Positions 25,220-35,531 of a stretch of 64,000 bases of DNA are shown piece after piece. Numbering within the stretch: position 1 is the stretch's first letter; each line of letters starts with the position of its first letter. The notes beneath the pieces were generated by a model, which had not been told where the DNA came from, made no database searches, and was given only the letters and a program-made list of their open reading frames with translations. The DNA is from Psammoneis japonica (taxonomy: Eukaryota), in the NCBI GenBank assembly GCA_008632985.1, contig QPGO01000060.1, forward strand, positions 186,001 through 250,000. Reading direction: 5' to 3'. Position numbers and translations under genes: made by a program.

Positions 25220-25742
25220 ATTTTCTTAGTACAATACTGTAGTAGGCTCAACATGGGCAGTAGATAATTTTATATACTAGTGTCCTGCATAATTGAAAAT
25301 TATCAAGGTGGTACGTACGTAGAGCTTAGTATATTTTTTTTTTCGCCAAAGTCAGCTCGCCAACTTCAACTCTCTCGGGACGATGGAAACCTGGGCAATT
25401 CACATAACAAAGTACCCGCAATGCTCATTATGTAATAGCCCTACAAAAAAACTATGTATCAAAATACATGAAAACGGAATTATTAATTGTTTTTCCTTCG
25501 TGTGCGGACAAAAAAGATAATTTTTGTGCCTGCAGCCTGCAGTCGCGACAGAACCGCATCATGCATGTACAGTAGACCTACGCATCACGATTGATTCTCA
25601 TGCTTGTTGTACCGGTCATGGCAGAAGATGTAACCAGACGGAACACATTCTCAACCACCACAAGGGTTTGGGCAAGATATTCTGCCTTGAAATGCACTTC
25701 TTAGTAACCTATTTTCTTTGTTACCGGAAGCAATAATAGTTA

Positions 25743-27563
25743 ATGCAGCTCGCAAAACGACAGGACGCAAGCAACATGGAATCGATTACTTCCGTTGAGT
25801 TCACTCGAAGGACCAGCTGTGTTCTGGGAACATTTCTCGGTCGATACTGCAATGAAGACCTCACTCGGAGCGAGCTGAACAAGTTTATTCTTGACACAGT
25901 TGGTTTCCACGTGAGTGACGCTGTAATGTCAAACATCTTTCGTAAGTGTGATGCAAACGACGGTGGCACCGTTTCTGTCAAGAATCTCGCATCATTCATC
26001 AAGGCAGCGAAAGAGAGCAACAAGATGGACAGATTCTTATATGCTTTCAAACATGTAATGTTTTCTGTCGAGTGGTGGGCATTCATCTTCTTCTTGACGG
26101 CCCTACTGGTTGCTATTTCTCTCAACATTTGTACCCGATTAGAAGTTCAGCCGGGAAACTACAATTACTATGGAATGAATGCCCTTCTTTACGTCTTCGG
26201 TTGCTATGCATATGTCGCAAAGATTCATGAGAGCATCATCAAAGATCTCAAACTCATTGAACTTGTTAACACGAAGATTGTGTTGTGGGCTGAGTCAATA
26301 ACCGAAGAAAGTGGAGTAGCTTCCCATGAAGACATGACACCCCATGAATTCTTCTCCCTCCTAGAACAACAAGGACTATACCTTCCATACCGAACGTTCA
26401 AACAAGTTATGGACCGGATTGATCATGATCAAAGTGGAACGATAACCATGGATAAGATCAAGAAGTATTCTAATGCAGAAGCGAGGCGAAAGAGTATTTC
26501 CAACACGCAGTTCCATTTCCGAGCCCTCCGCAAATGCTTCTTGTCACCCGACTACTGGTTAAACTGGGGTTGGGTAGTTGGATCTGTGTTCTTTGCTATT
26601 GCTGCATTTGGAAACTCATTGTCCGACGTTGCGGCTCTCCACATCAATGGGGTTGGATGCATCTTGTATCTGTCTTGTGCCTTGTTCCAACATGTTTTGC
26701 ATTACAACAGAACCGCATTCTTCCTGGAACGAGCAGAAGAGCTAAACACAGTCTTTGTTGCTATGGTCAAAGAGGAATCTGTCCGATTGGTTTCAGCATT
26801 GAGGATGAGCTTGGTTCGCTCTAAAAGTTTACTTAGCCCTTCGGCTGATTCTGAAGAGATACGTCAAGAAGTCGCTGAGCATGATTCAAGCGTACTCAGG
26901 GCATGCGACAAAGTTTTTCATAATTTCGCCGTTCGTGAACGAGGCAACGACAGTGATTGCAGTCTCAACTTTGTTGAAATCTACGACGCATTAACACAGT
27001 TTGGTTTCGTGATCGAGCTGGATGTACTTCGTTTCATATTCCAACGGGCGGATGTCAACGGGAAGGGCACGCTGCAACCCGAAGACTTTGTGGCTTACAT
27101 TTTCTATATCAGAAGGCCTAGAACACCACTGGAGCGAAAACGAGTCATTTTCAAGGCAATGATAAAAGCAACCAGCTTCTGGCTGGCTTGGATTCAGGTA
27201 TTTGGCGGTTTTATCCTTGTATTTGTGAATTACGCGGATTTGCCTCTCAAAGCCAGACTAAACTGGAGCTTGGCGGGAAATTGCTGCTGGTTGGTTCCCA
27301 CTGTCCATTACTTGTATACTATTTTCAGTGGACATGTGAGTTACTATGAAGCAATGACACACAGTAAGATTATATTGAAGGAAGCCTTTTCACGCGTCCA
27401 GAGTTCACAAACGGCGGATTCATGCGATGATGCTCGTGCGGTAGTTAAAGCAGATCCTGCCGGCGAGAGCTCCAATGATTTGACAGCCCAATCGTCGTCA
27501 TTTGCTTCCGATGAAGAGGCTCAAGAAAGGCAAAGAAAAGAAAAGACGAACAGTGACTCTTGA
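25743..27563 (+). CDS. Membrane protein with three repeated EF-hand plus two-TM modules
   Basis: 606-aa ORF. EF-hand loops DANDGGTVSVKNL, DHDQSGTITMDKI and DVNGKGTLQPEDF, each followed by a pair of hydrophobic helices. Confidence 0.85.
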   Translation: MQLAKRQDASNMESITSVEFTRRTSCVLGTFLGRYCNEDLTRSELNKFILDTVGFHVSDAVMSNIFRKCDANDGGTVSVKNLASFIKAAKESNKMDRFLYAFKHVMFSVEWWAFIFFLTALLVAISLNICTRLEVQPGNYNYYGMNALLYVFGCYAYVAKIHESIIKDLKLIELVNTKIVLWAESITEESGVASHEDMTPHEFFSLLEQQGLYLPYRTFKQVMDRIDHDQSGTITMDKIKKYSNAEARRKSISNTQFHFRALRKCFLSPDYWLNWGWVVGSVFFAIAAFGNSLSDVAALHINGVGCILYLSCALFQHVLHYNRTAFFLERAEELNTVFVAMVKEESVRLVSALRMSLVRSKSLLSPSADSEEIRQEVAEHDSSVLRACDKVFHNFAVRERGNDSDCSLNFVEIYDALTQFGFVIELDVLRFIFQRADVNGKGTLQPEDFVAYIFYIRRPRTPLERKRVIFKAMIKATSFWLAWIQVFGGFILVFVNYADLPLKARLNWSLAGNCCWLVPTVHYLYTIFSGHVSYYEAMTHSKIILKEAFSRVQSSQTADSCDDARAVVKADPAGESSNDLTAQSSSFASDEEAQERQRKEKTNSDS

Positions 27564-28156
27564 GTGACACGTGCGTATTTTCTGGGAATTGCGCATGGGT
27601 TTGCATTAGATACACATACTCATTTCCAGAAGCGCTTACTTGTGTTGGTGTGGATCGATAGATGTGCCTTCTCTATGTTCCAAACTTTAGGTGCACATGA
27701 AACATCGCTGTTTGCTTCAATTAGAGCTCTGTACACTATCTAGACAGATCGGTACCGGTAGTTACAGTCGGTACGTACAGTAGTTTGAACTTGGTTTGAA
27801 GGCACTATCGCTAGCTACTAGAGAGTCGAGCTAAGTACCTGTTGTAGCTTCTATCTACTCTAGAGAGGGAGCCAGCTACAAGTCTACCGGTACGGTACCA
27901 CGCCCTGCAGCTACTCAAAATTATTTGCCAACGTGCGTGTGCCTCCCGAGGGAACGCATGGGATTTCAAACACTCTATTGAGCGACGTTGCAGTTGCACT
28001 GAAGACAACAAGGAGAACGGCTACTAGGGCGTCTACCAGCACCAAGAAATGACAAAGTCTGCTGTTATCATTTCAACACGTGCACGGGAAAGCAACGCTA
28101 TAGAATAACCGAATAAGCCTACGCGACAATCGTTTACTATTCTTATGATAATAGTC

Positions 28157-28756
28157 TTATGGCTGGGGAAGGCCAATGTCGTTGAGGTTACCCATGAGCT
28201 CGTGAACGACAATGCCCATAATGCCCATCTGCGCTGCTCGACCATTGTTGAGTTCAATGGCACGCTTCCTCTCCTTCCACTGATCAGACTGCTTGTCCCA
28301 TCCAAAGTCAATTCCGTTCCTGTAGTCTCCGAGGAACTCACTATCACCGGTAATATCCTGCATGGCAATGGTCAACATGATCACAGTGAGCCAAGTTTGG
28401 GTGGCAAGGTTTGTTCCCTGGCCAAGGGCGGCAATGTCGTCAAAGGCCTTCAATCCAAAGCCAACATCCTCCAATCCTGGGAATCGTACGCCAGCGGCCG
28501 TGGTAAGCCACCCCACGACAGCAAGCATGGCAACACGTCCGTGCCTGATCTCATACTCTCGAAGCTTGTTGAAATTCTCCTTGTCTCCGTCGATACAGAA
28601 TCCCATTGGATCCCAGAAGCCGAGCGGTGCCTGAGAACCGATCTCATCGGAGAGAGCGTTCTTCACGGCAACGGTGGTGGCCCGGCTGTGTTGCGCAGCT
28701 GGAGCAAAAGCCGAGACACCGGCGACAAGGAGCGAAAGCGCAGCAACAGTCTTCAT
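28157..28756 (-). CDS. Fucoxanthin-chlorophyll a/c binding light-harvesting protein (Lhcf/FCP family)
   Basis: VSAFAP bipartite plastid presequence, APLGFWDPMG, EIRHGRVAMLA, ELNNGRAAQMGI motifs. Confidence 0.96.
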   Translation of the reverse strand: MKTVAALSLLVAGVSAFAPAAQHSRATTVAVKNALSDEIGSQAPLGFWDPMGFCIDGDKENFNKLREYEIRHGRVAMLAVVGWLTTAAGVRFPGLEDVGFGLKAFDDIAALGQGTNLATQTWLTVIMLTIAMQDITGDSEFLGDYRNGIDFGWDKQSDQWKERKRAIELNNGRAAQMGIMGIVVHELMGNLNDIGLPQP

Positions 28757-29346
28757 GGTGGAACCTCTTGTTGTGTTGTGAACAAGCATTTTTGCCCGTC
28801 AGTCATGTCAGACGACCGCGGCGGCGGCGATCTTTGCTTCAACTTCTGCGAACCTCCGGGTTTGGAACAGTCTGATTTCGCCGATTAGATGTCTTGGTCG
28901 CGAAACACGAACAAGCATTTAGTGCTGACTCGTGATTCGGACATTACCTTGCTGCGACGTGGCGGCAACTCAACCTCGAAAGTGCCACCAAACGCAACAA
29001 GCACAGATACACTGTATGGTAGATCAACTCCAGTCTTTTTTTCTTAGCTAGTAGGTATGAGCGAGCAAGGCAAGATAAGAAGCTGAAAACACAGAACCCA
29101 TTTTCCCGTGACAATTCAAATCAGCAGGTTTTCAAAATGTGGCCCAAACGATTGATCGCTGATCGCTGGTGATTATGTGAACGACCGAACAAATTTGTTT
29201 CAATCACGAGTCGTCAGAGCATCTGAGTTTGAGTTTAGAACCCGGAGATTGAAAGATCCAAGCTGAAGATTGTAGGTTCCTACCGGAACCGGATACCACA
29301 CCGGGCAGGAGAAGGAAAAACAGAAGTGAACCTGAAAAGAACAACC

Positions 29347-30708
29347 ATGGCAGAAAAGAAAGCACAACGCATCGCCATTATCGGCGCCGGTCCGTCTGGT
29401 ACGGCTGCCCTTCGAGCCTTTCAATCGGCAATTTCCGAGAATTGTGAGGAGGAGATTCCCGAAATAGTCTGTTTTGAAAAGCAAGACGATTGGGGCGGTC
29501 TATGGAATTACACCAATCAGACGGGAGTCGACGAATACGGCGAGCCGGTCCACAGTAGCATGTATCGCTTTTTGTGGAGCAATGGACCCAAGGAATGCTT
29601 GGAGTTTGCTGATTATTCTTTTAAAGAACACTTTGGAAAGCCCATTGCATCCTATCCACCCCGTCCCGTCCTGGCCGACTACATCAAGGGACGAATGGAA
29701 AAAGCGGCTGTCGTACGTGATTGGTGTCGCTTTCGTGCTGTGGTCCGTATGGTGTCGTTTAGTGATGAAACACAAAAGTTTACAGTTATGGTTCATGATT
29801 TAGTACAGGATCATGTGTATACGGAAGATTTTGATTATGTTGTTGTGGCGACGGGACACTTTTCCACTCCCAATCTCCCTCATTTTGATGGCATTGAAAG
29901 TTTTCCTGGACGTGTCCTTCATGCACACGACTTTCGCAATGCATTGGAATTCCAAAACCAGAACGTCATGGTGGTGGGAAGTTCCTACTCGGCAGAAGAT
30001 ATTGGATCTCAGTGTTGGAAGTACGGTGCCAAATCCATCACCGTCAGTTACCGTTCCAATCCTATTGGATTCAAGTGGCCCGACAATTGGGAAGAACGAC
30101 CAATGGTAGTCCGCGTGGAAGGAAAAAACGTTCATTTCGTGGACGGTACTTGCAAGGAAGTGGATTCTATTATACTTTGTACCGGATACAAACACCATTT
30201 TCCCTTCTTGCAAGACGAATTGCGTCTCAAGACGGAGAATAGACTCTGGCCGCTTGGCTTGTACAAGGGCGTTGTCTGGGAGAAGAATCCCAAACTCTTT
30301 TATCTGGGCATGCAAGATCAGTTCTATACCTTCAACATGTTTGATGCGCAAGCCTGGTTTGCACGAGATGTCATTCTCGGCCGCATTGAACTCCCAAACC
30401 AAGACGAGATGCACGCGGACTCTCTGGCCTGGCGGGAGCGTGAAGAAACGTTGCAGACCGATCACGATCAAATCTGGTTTCAAGGGGACTATGTCAAGGA
30501 GTTGCTGCGCTGGACGGAATACCCCGACTTTGATGTCGATGGTGTGAATCGCACCTTTGAGGAATGGGAGCATCACAAGTCGGAAGATATCATGGGCTAT
30601 CGCGATCGCCCGTACCGTTCACTCATGACTGGTGACATGGCTCCGGTCCATCACACACCTTGGGTCGAGGCCATGGACGATTCTATGGAATCATACCTTC
30701 GTGAATGA
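29347..30708 (+). CDS. Flavin-containing monooxygenase, bacterial trimethylamine monooxygenase-like
   Basis: GAGPSG FAD motif, [46 protein letters not shown] fingerprint, [19 protein letters not shown] tail. Intronless. Confidence 0.93.
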   Translation: MAEKKAQRIAIIGAGPSGTAALRAFQSAISENCEEEIPEIVCFEKQDDWGGLWNYTNQTGVDEYGEPVHSSMYRFLWSNGPKECLEFADYSFKEHFGKPIASYPPRPVLADYIKGRMEKAAVVRDWCRFRAVVRMVSFSDETQKFTVMVHDLVQDHVYTEDFDYVVVATGHFSTPNLPHFDGIESFPGRVLHAHDFRNALEFQNQNVMVVGSSYSAEDIGSQCWKYGAKSITVSYRSNPIGFKWPDNWEERPMVVRVEGKNVHFVDGTCKEVDSIILCTGYKHHFPFLQDELRLKTENRLWPLGLYKGVVWEKNPKLFYLGMQDQFYTFNMFDAQAWFARDVILGRIELPNQDEMHADSLAWREREETLQTDHDQIWFQGDYVKELLRWTEYPDFDVDGVNRTFEEWEHHKSEDIMGYRDRPYRSLMTGDMAPVHHTPWVEAMDDSMESYLRE

Positions 30709-31203
30709 ATAGTAGAGTCATCATGTATAGTACTGTGCTTCGTTTGGGATTGAATCAAGTTATATGGGAGCAACTTTTTCTTGAGGATAACCCGAGAAAC
30801 GTGGACACCTCCTCTCGGTTCGAACTGTTACATGCAATGGAAGCATCATGCACAGTCGGTGACTTTTGGGATTTTGAAAGCAATGAAAACCCCTTTGGAC
30901 TGGAACAGCACACATGGACCGTTTTCGTCTGTCTGCTGATGAAAGGTGTGGATGTTCTCGAGAGATGCGTGAACGATAATTTTGAGTCACCTAAAAGGCT
31001 TTGTGTGCAGACGATGGAAGACGATTTCAACGTTACCCCACAGAGCTACTCGTAGTAGAGGCTGTTAGTCTTATGATAACTCCTTCCTACTTTACTAGCG
31101 CTCTAGCTAGAGCTAGCGTAACTGGCTTCAAAAAAAGAAAGGTCTTATCATATCATCGGCAAATCCAATGTCATCCGGTACGGTATGTACCATACGGTAA
31201 GTG

Positions 31204-31281
31204 TGGTCTTGCATTCGTCAGCCAAAGATTCCCAATATGAACTGCGGTCTTGCATTCGTCCGCCAAAGATTCAATTTGAAC
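31204..31281. repeat. Short tandem duplication (about 41 bp) upstream of the cyclophilin
   Basis: GGTCTTGCATTCGTC.GCCAAAGATTC..AT.TGAACTG occurs twice. Confidence 0.7.
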
Positions 31282-31351
31282 TGAAACGGAGAAAAGATGA
31301 CCGTTGATGCATGATGGTTGTCATTGCTTGTTGACTGTTGATTGATTGACG

Positions 31352-32297
31352 ATGATGCGCCTCTTCACCATGACGACGACAGCGTCTCGCACGCGGGCGT
31401 TTCTTTTTCTCGTTCTCTTATTTTCATTCCTATGCTCAGTTGTCGCTCAAGAAGAAGTAGAAGCAGAAGATGATAAGGGCAGCAGCCGGTGGAGTCGCAT
31501 TTGGAACGGCCTTTCGGATAGGGAGCGTATGTTTTTCAAGGCCATCGGAGGCTCCATGCTCTTTCTCTTGTTGAGTGGAATCTTGGGTCTCGACGGAGGT
31601 AAACCACCTACACTAGAAGTCATTCCGCTCGATGAAGCTTCGTCTCCTTCCAATCCCCGGGTCTTTTTCGATATTACAATCGGAAACAAAAAGGCCGGAC
31701 GGATCACGATGGAGCTGTTTGCTACGAAAACACCAAAGTCCGCAGAGAACTTTCGGGCTCTGTGTACCGGAGAAAAAGGCGAACCGCTCCATTATAAGGG
31801 ATGTCCGTTTCATCGGGTCATTCCAGGCTTCATGTGTCAGGTACGAGGTAGTATTTGTATTCTCATAATTCTGTTCTTTAGTTCGTTGGATTTCTAATGG
31901 GTGCGTTTCTCTGGCTAACTTTCGCTTATTTTTATTGTACTTGACTCATGTGTTACTACTTTAGGGCGGCGACATCACACAAGGCAATGGTACGGGCGGA
32001 ATGTCCATTTACGGCTCCACATTTGACGATGAGTGGGACAATGGATTCATTTCTCACGATGTGCCCGGTCTCCTTTCCTGTGCCAACCGCGGACGCAACA
32101 CGAATGGCTCGCAATTCTTTCTCACCACGGCTGCCACCAAATGGTTGAATTGCAAGCATGTTGTCTTTGGCCGTGTCGAAAATGGGATGCAGGTTGTCAA
32201 GAAAATCGAAGCCGTGGGCAGTTCCAGTGGCAAAACGCTACAACCCGTTGTTATTGCGGATTGTGGAGAAGTCACGGGCAAGAAAAAGACTAACTAA
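31352..32297 (+). CDS. Cyclophilin-type peptidyl-prolyl isomerase with signal peptide and TM segment; exons 31352-31840 and 31965-32297
   Basis: [34 protein letters not shown] across a GT-AG intron, [16 protein letters not shown]. Confidence 0.95.
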
Positions 32298-32986
32298 GGA
32301 GAAGACGATACCATATAATGCTATAGTGTTTTGGAAGGAGGAGACATCGTAATGTGTACGGTAGTCCCGTGTATTCTCGACATTCTAGAGTCCTCTACGT
32401 GCTACGTTTAATCTTCTCCTCATAGTCGTTGACAACGGTAGCGTGCAGATGTCAGAAAAGACAAACAAAAACACACAAGATGTTGATGCGAAAACAGGCG
32501 TTGACCAGCCAAGGTACATATGGTAAATCGTTGTGCAGCAACCCTTCATAAATTATTGAACCCGACATTGGCTGCGCCCAGAGTTGCTGCATGCACCATC
32601 TTGGGAGTTTTGGGACACATCTTGTGTGTGCTGATCGCAAGGGAAAGGGCCGCATCAAACGGAGTTGGCAACATTCAAAAACACACTTTCTGGATCTCCA
32701 CATGAGTGGCTGGAAAGTTCCTGGAATTAAAAGTGCTTGTCAGGCCAGGAAAAGCAAAGACTGATCAATTTGGGTAAGATGGTGGTGCAGACAATGTTGT
32801 AAAAGTGGTGAGTCCAGCATTTTTGACAGCCACCAAACAGCCACAAAATGAGAAGAGGCAACAACAAGAACCATCATTGTGGCAGGTGCAGAAGATGGTG
32901 GGGGAAGCACATGGATGAGGGTTCAGCAACTGCAGTCCAGAGTCAAATGTGGCAGTTGCATCAGGGGGCATTTTTTGGCACTCTTT

Positions 32987-33023
<37 letters not shown>

Positions 33024-35250
33024 TTTAGACCAACAATTGGCACCATTCCACAGTCCCTGGCAGGACATCTCTCTCCTGATGCCCAGCGGTGTGCCGCCTC
33101 TCAGTTGGGAGCATTCTTTGCAACTCTGCAAAGTTTTGCACCACCCTCCACACTGTCAGATTGCAGCATGTGTTGTTTGCAATTGCTGTCTGAAACAATT
33201 GAGCAGTTGCAAAAATGTGCAGTGTGTTTGCTCTGCCAGAGAAAAGCCTGTGTGGGCTGGTGCTGGAAAGCCAGAGAAATTGTTTTTGTGCCAAGTTGCA
33301 TTTTTTGCATGCAACATTTCACAATTTTTGTCTTGTTGAGGTGCGTGCAGTGGAGTTGCTTGCTGCTGACTGCCAGATTCACATGGAGGGGCTGCTGCAA
33401 GTTGTTTCTCATTGTAAATTGGCACTCTCACAGCCGCCGATCCCTGCGCATGCCATTGTTTGTGAGTGGCCTCATGGGAGCTCTCATGGTGCACAACCAT
33501 CTCTTGGAGCACACCAGCACACCCAGTGTGCCAACAGGAGTGTCATGAGCCTGTGATGATGGCATGCTGACTCCATTGCAAACTCATGGCTCATGTGTTT
33601 TCTCACCACGGGCAGAACACAGTGAGAAATGTTCAGTCTGAAGAAATTGTCATGCAAATCACGACGCAATGACAAAATGGTTGAATTGCAAGCATGTTGT
33701 CTTTGGCCGTGTCGAACATGGAATGCAGGTTGTCAAGAAAATTGAAGCCATGGGCAGTTCCAGCGGTAAAACGGCACAACCCGCGGTGATTGCGGATTGT
33801 GGAGAAATCATCACGGGCAAGAAAAAGACCAATTGAGAAGAAGACAACACCATAAAATGCTGCAGTGTTTTGGAAGGAGGAGACATCGTAATGTGTGTGG
33901 CAGTCCCGTGCATTCTCGTCATTCTAGAGTCCTCTGCGTGCTGCGTTTGATCTTCTCCTCACAGTCGTTGACAACGGTGGCGTGCAGATGTCAGAAAAGA
34001 CAAACAAAAACACACAAGATGTTGATGCGAAAACAGGCATTGACCAGCCAAGGTACATGTGGTTAATCGTTGTGCAGCAACCCTTCATAAATTGTTGAAC
34101 CCGACATTGGCTGCGCCCAGAGTTGCTGCATGCACCATCTTGGGAGTTTTGGGACACATCTTGTGTGCTGATCACAAGGGAAAGGGCCACATCAAATGGA
34201 GTTGGCAACATTCAAAAACACACTCTCTGGACTTGCACATGAGTGGCTGGAAAGTTCCTGGAACCAAAAGTGCTTGTCAGGCAGGGCAAAGCACAAACCA
34301 ATCAGTTTGGAGGGAAAGATGATGCAGACAACATGGTGCAAAAGCAGAGAGTCCATTTTAGACAGCCACCAGACAGCCACAAAATGAAAAGAGGCAACAA
34401 CAACCACCACCATTGCAGCAAGTGCTGTGGAAGGTGGTGGGAAGCATGCAAATGAGGGTTCAGCAACAACAACAGCCCAGAGACAAATGGCGGTTGCGCA
34501 TCAGGGGAGATTTTTTGGCACTCTTTGCAGCAGCAGTGGCATTTTAGATTTTAGACCAACAATTGGAGTGCTGAAGCAACCAGAGCCAGTGCAGAGAAAT
34601 CATCATGCACCACTCCACAGTCCCCAGCAGGACGTCTCTCTCCTGAAGCCCCAGCATGGTTCACCATTTCTCAGTGGGGAGCATTCTTTTTTGCAGCTGC
34701 AAAGTTTCGCCCTCCACACTGTGTCAGGTTGCAGCATGTGTTGTTTGCAATTGCTGCCTGAAACAATTGCAAAAATGTGCAGCATGTTTGCTCCACTGGA
34801 GAAAAACTTGCGCTGCTGGGGGGCTGGGTGGAAAAGAGGAGAGATTGTTCTTTTTGTGCTGAGGAGCCGCAACTTTTGTGTGTTCGACATTTCGCCACAA
34901 CTCCTCTTTTCTTGTTGGTGTGTGCTGCAGTGGAGTTGCTTGCTGCTGACTGCTGAGTTCATGTGGAGGGGCTGCTGCAGCAAGTTGTTCCTCATTGTGC
35001 ATTGGCATGGTCTTTACAGCCACGAATCTCTGTGCCTCGTTCTCTTGGGTGGCCACGCAGGATGACGAGGAGCTCTTGTGCACAATCATCTCTTGGAGAG
35101 CACACACCCAGTGTGCCAACAGGAGTGTTGTGATCCTGTGATGATGACTGGCATGCTGACTCCATTGCAAACTCATGGCTCGTGTGTTTTCTCACCACGG
35201 GCAGAGCACAGTGAGACATGTTCGCATCACATTGCAAATTTCACGACGAC
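32139..35250. repeat. Tandem duplication of about 1.54 kb: copy 1 about 32139-33675, copy 2 about 33675-35250, including a pseudogenic copy of the cyclophilin 3' end
   Basis: AAATGGTTGAATTGCAAGCATGTTGTCTTTGGCCGTGTCGAA at 32139 and 33675. Colinear to CTCACCACGGGCAGA.CACAGTGAGA at about 33602 and 35191. Confidence 0.93.
32988..33020. repeat. (CAG)11 microsatellite
   Basis: Direct reading; only (CAG)3 at the matching position of copy 2 (about 34528). Confidence 0.95.
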
Positions 35251-35531
35251 GAGGCGTGAGGCAACAAAAAAACAGCCGCGCCAGCTGCTGACTGACAGAC
35301 TGACAGAAGGATTTACCTGCGTGGCTGGCTGGCTCGCTTCCTGGCATCGCGTCATGATGACTTTTTGATTTATATATATTTATGCTTGAATATATTCTGT
35401 ATTCTCGTGCGTTGGGCAAGCACGAACAACGCTTTTCATTGGCGAAAATCCTGGTACACATCACCCGTTGATTTGTACGTCGTAGACACTGGTGACGTTT
35501 CGAAAAATGCCGCACAACATCACATCGCACC

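Noticed and set aside
28145..28888. 247-aa plus-strand ORF
   Set aside because: Antisense shadow of the FCP gene. The same applies to 29800-30576 opposite the FMO.
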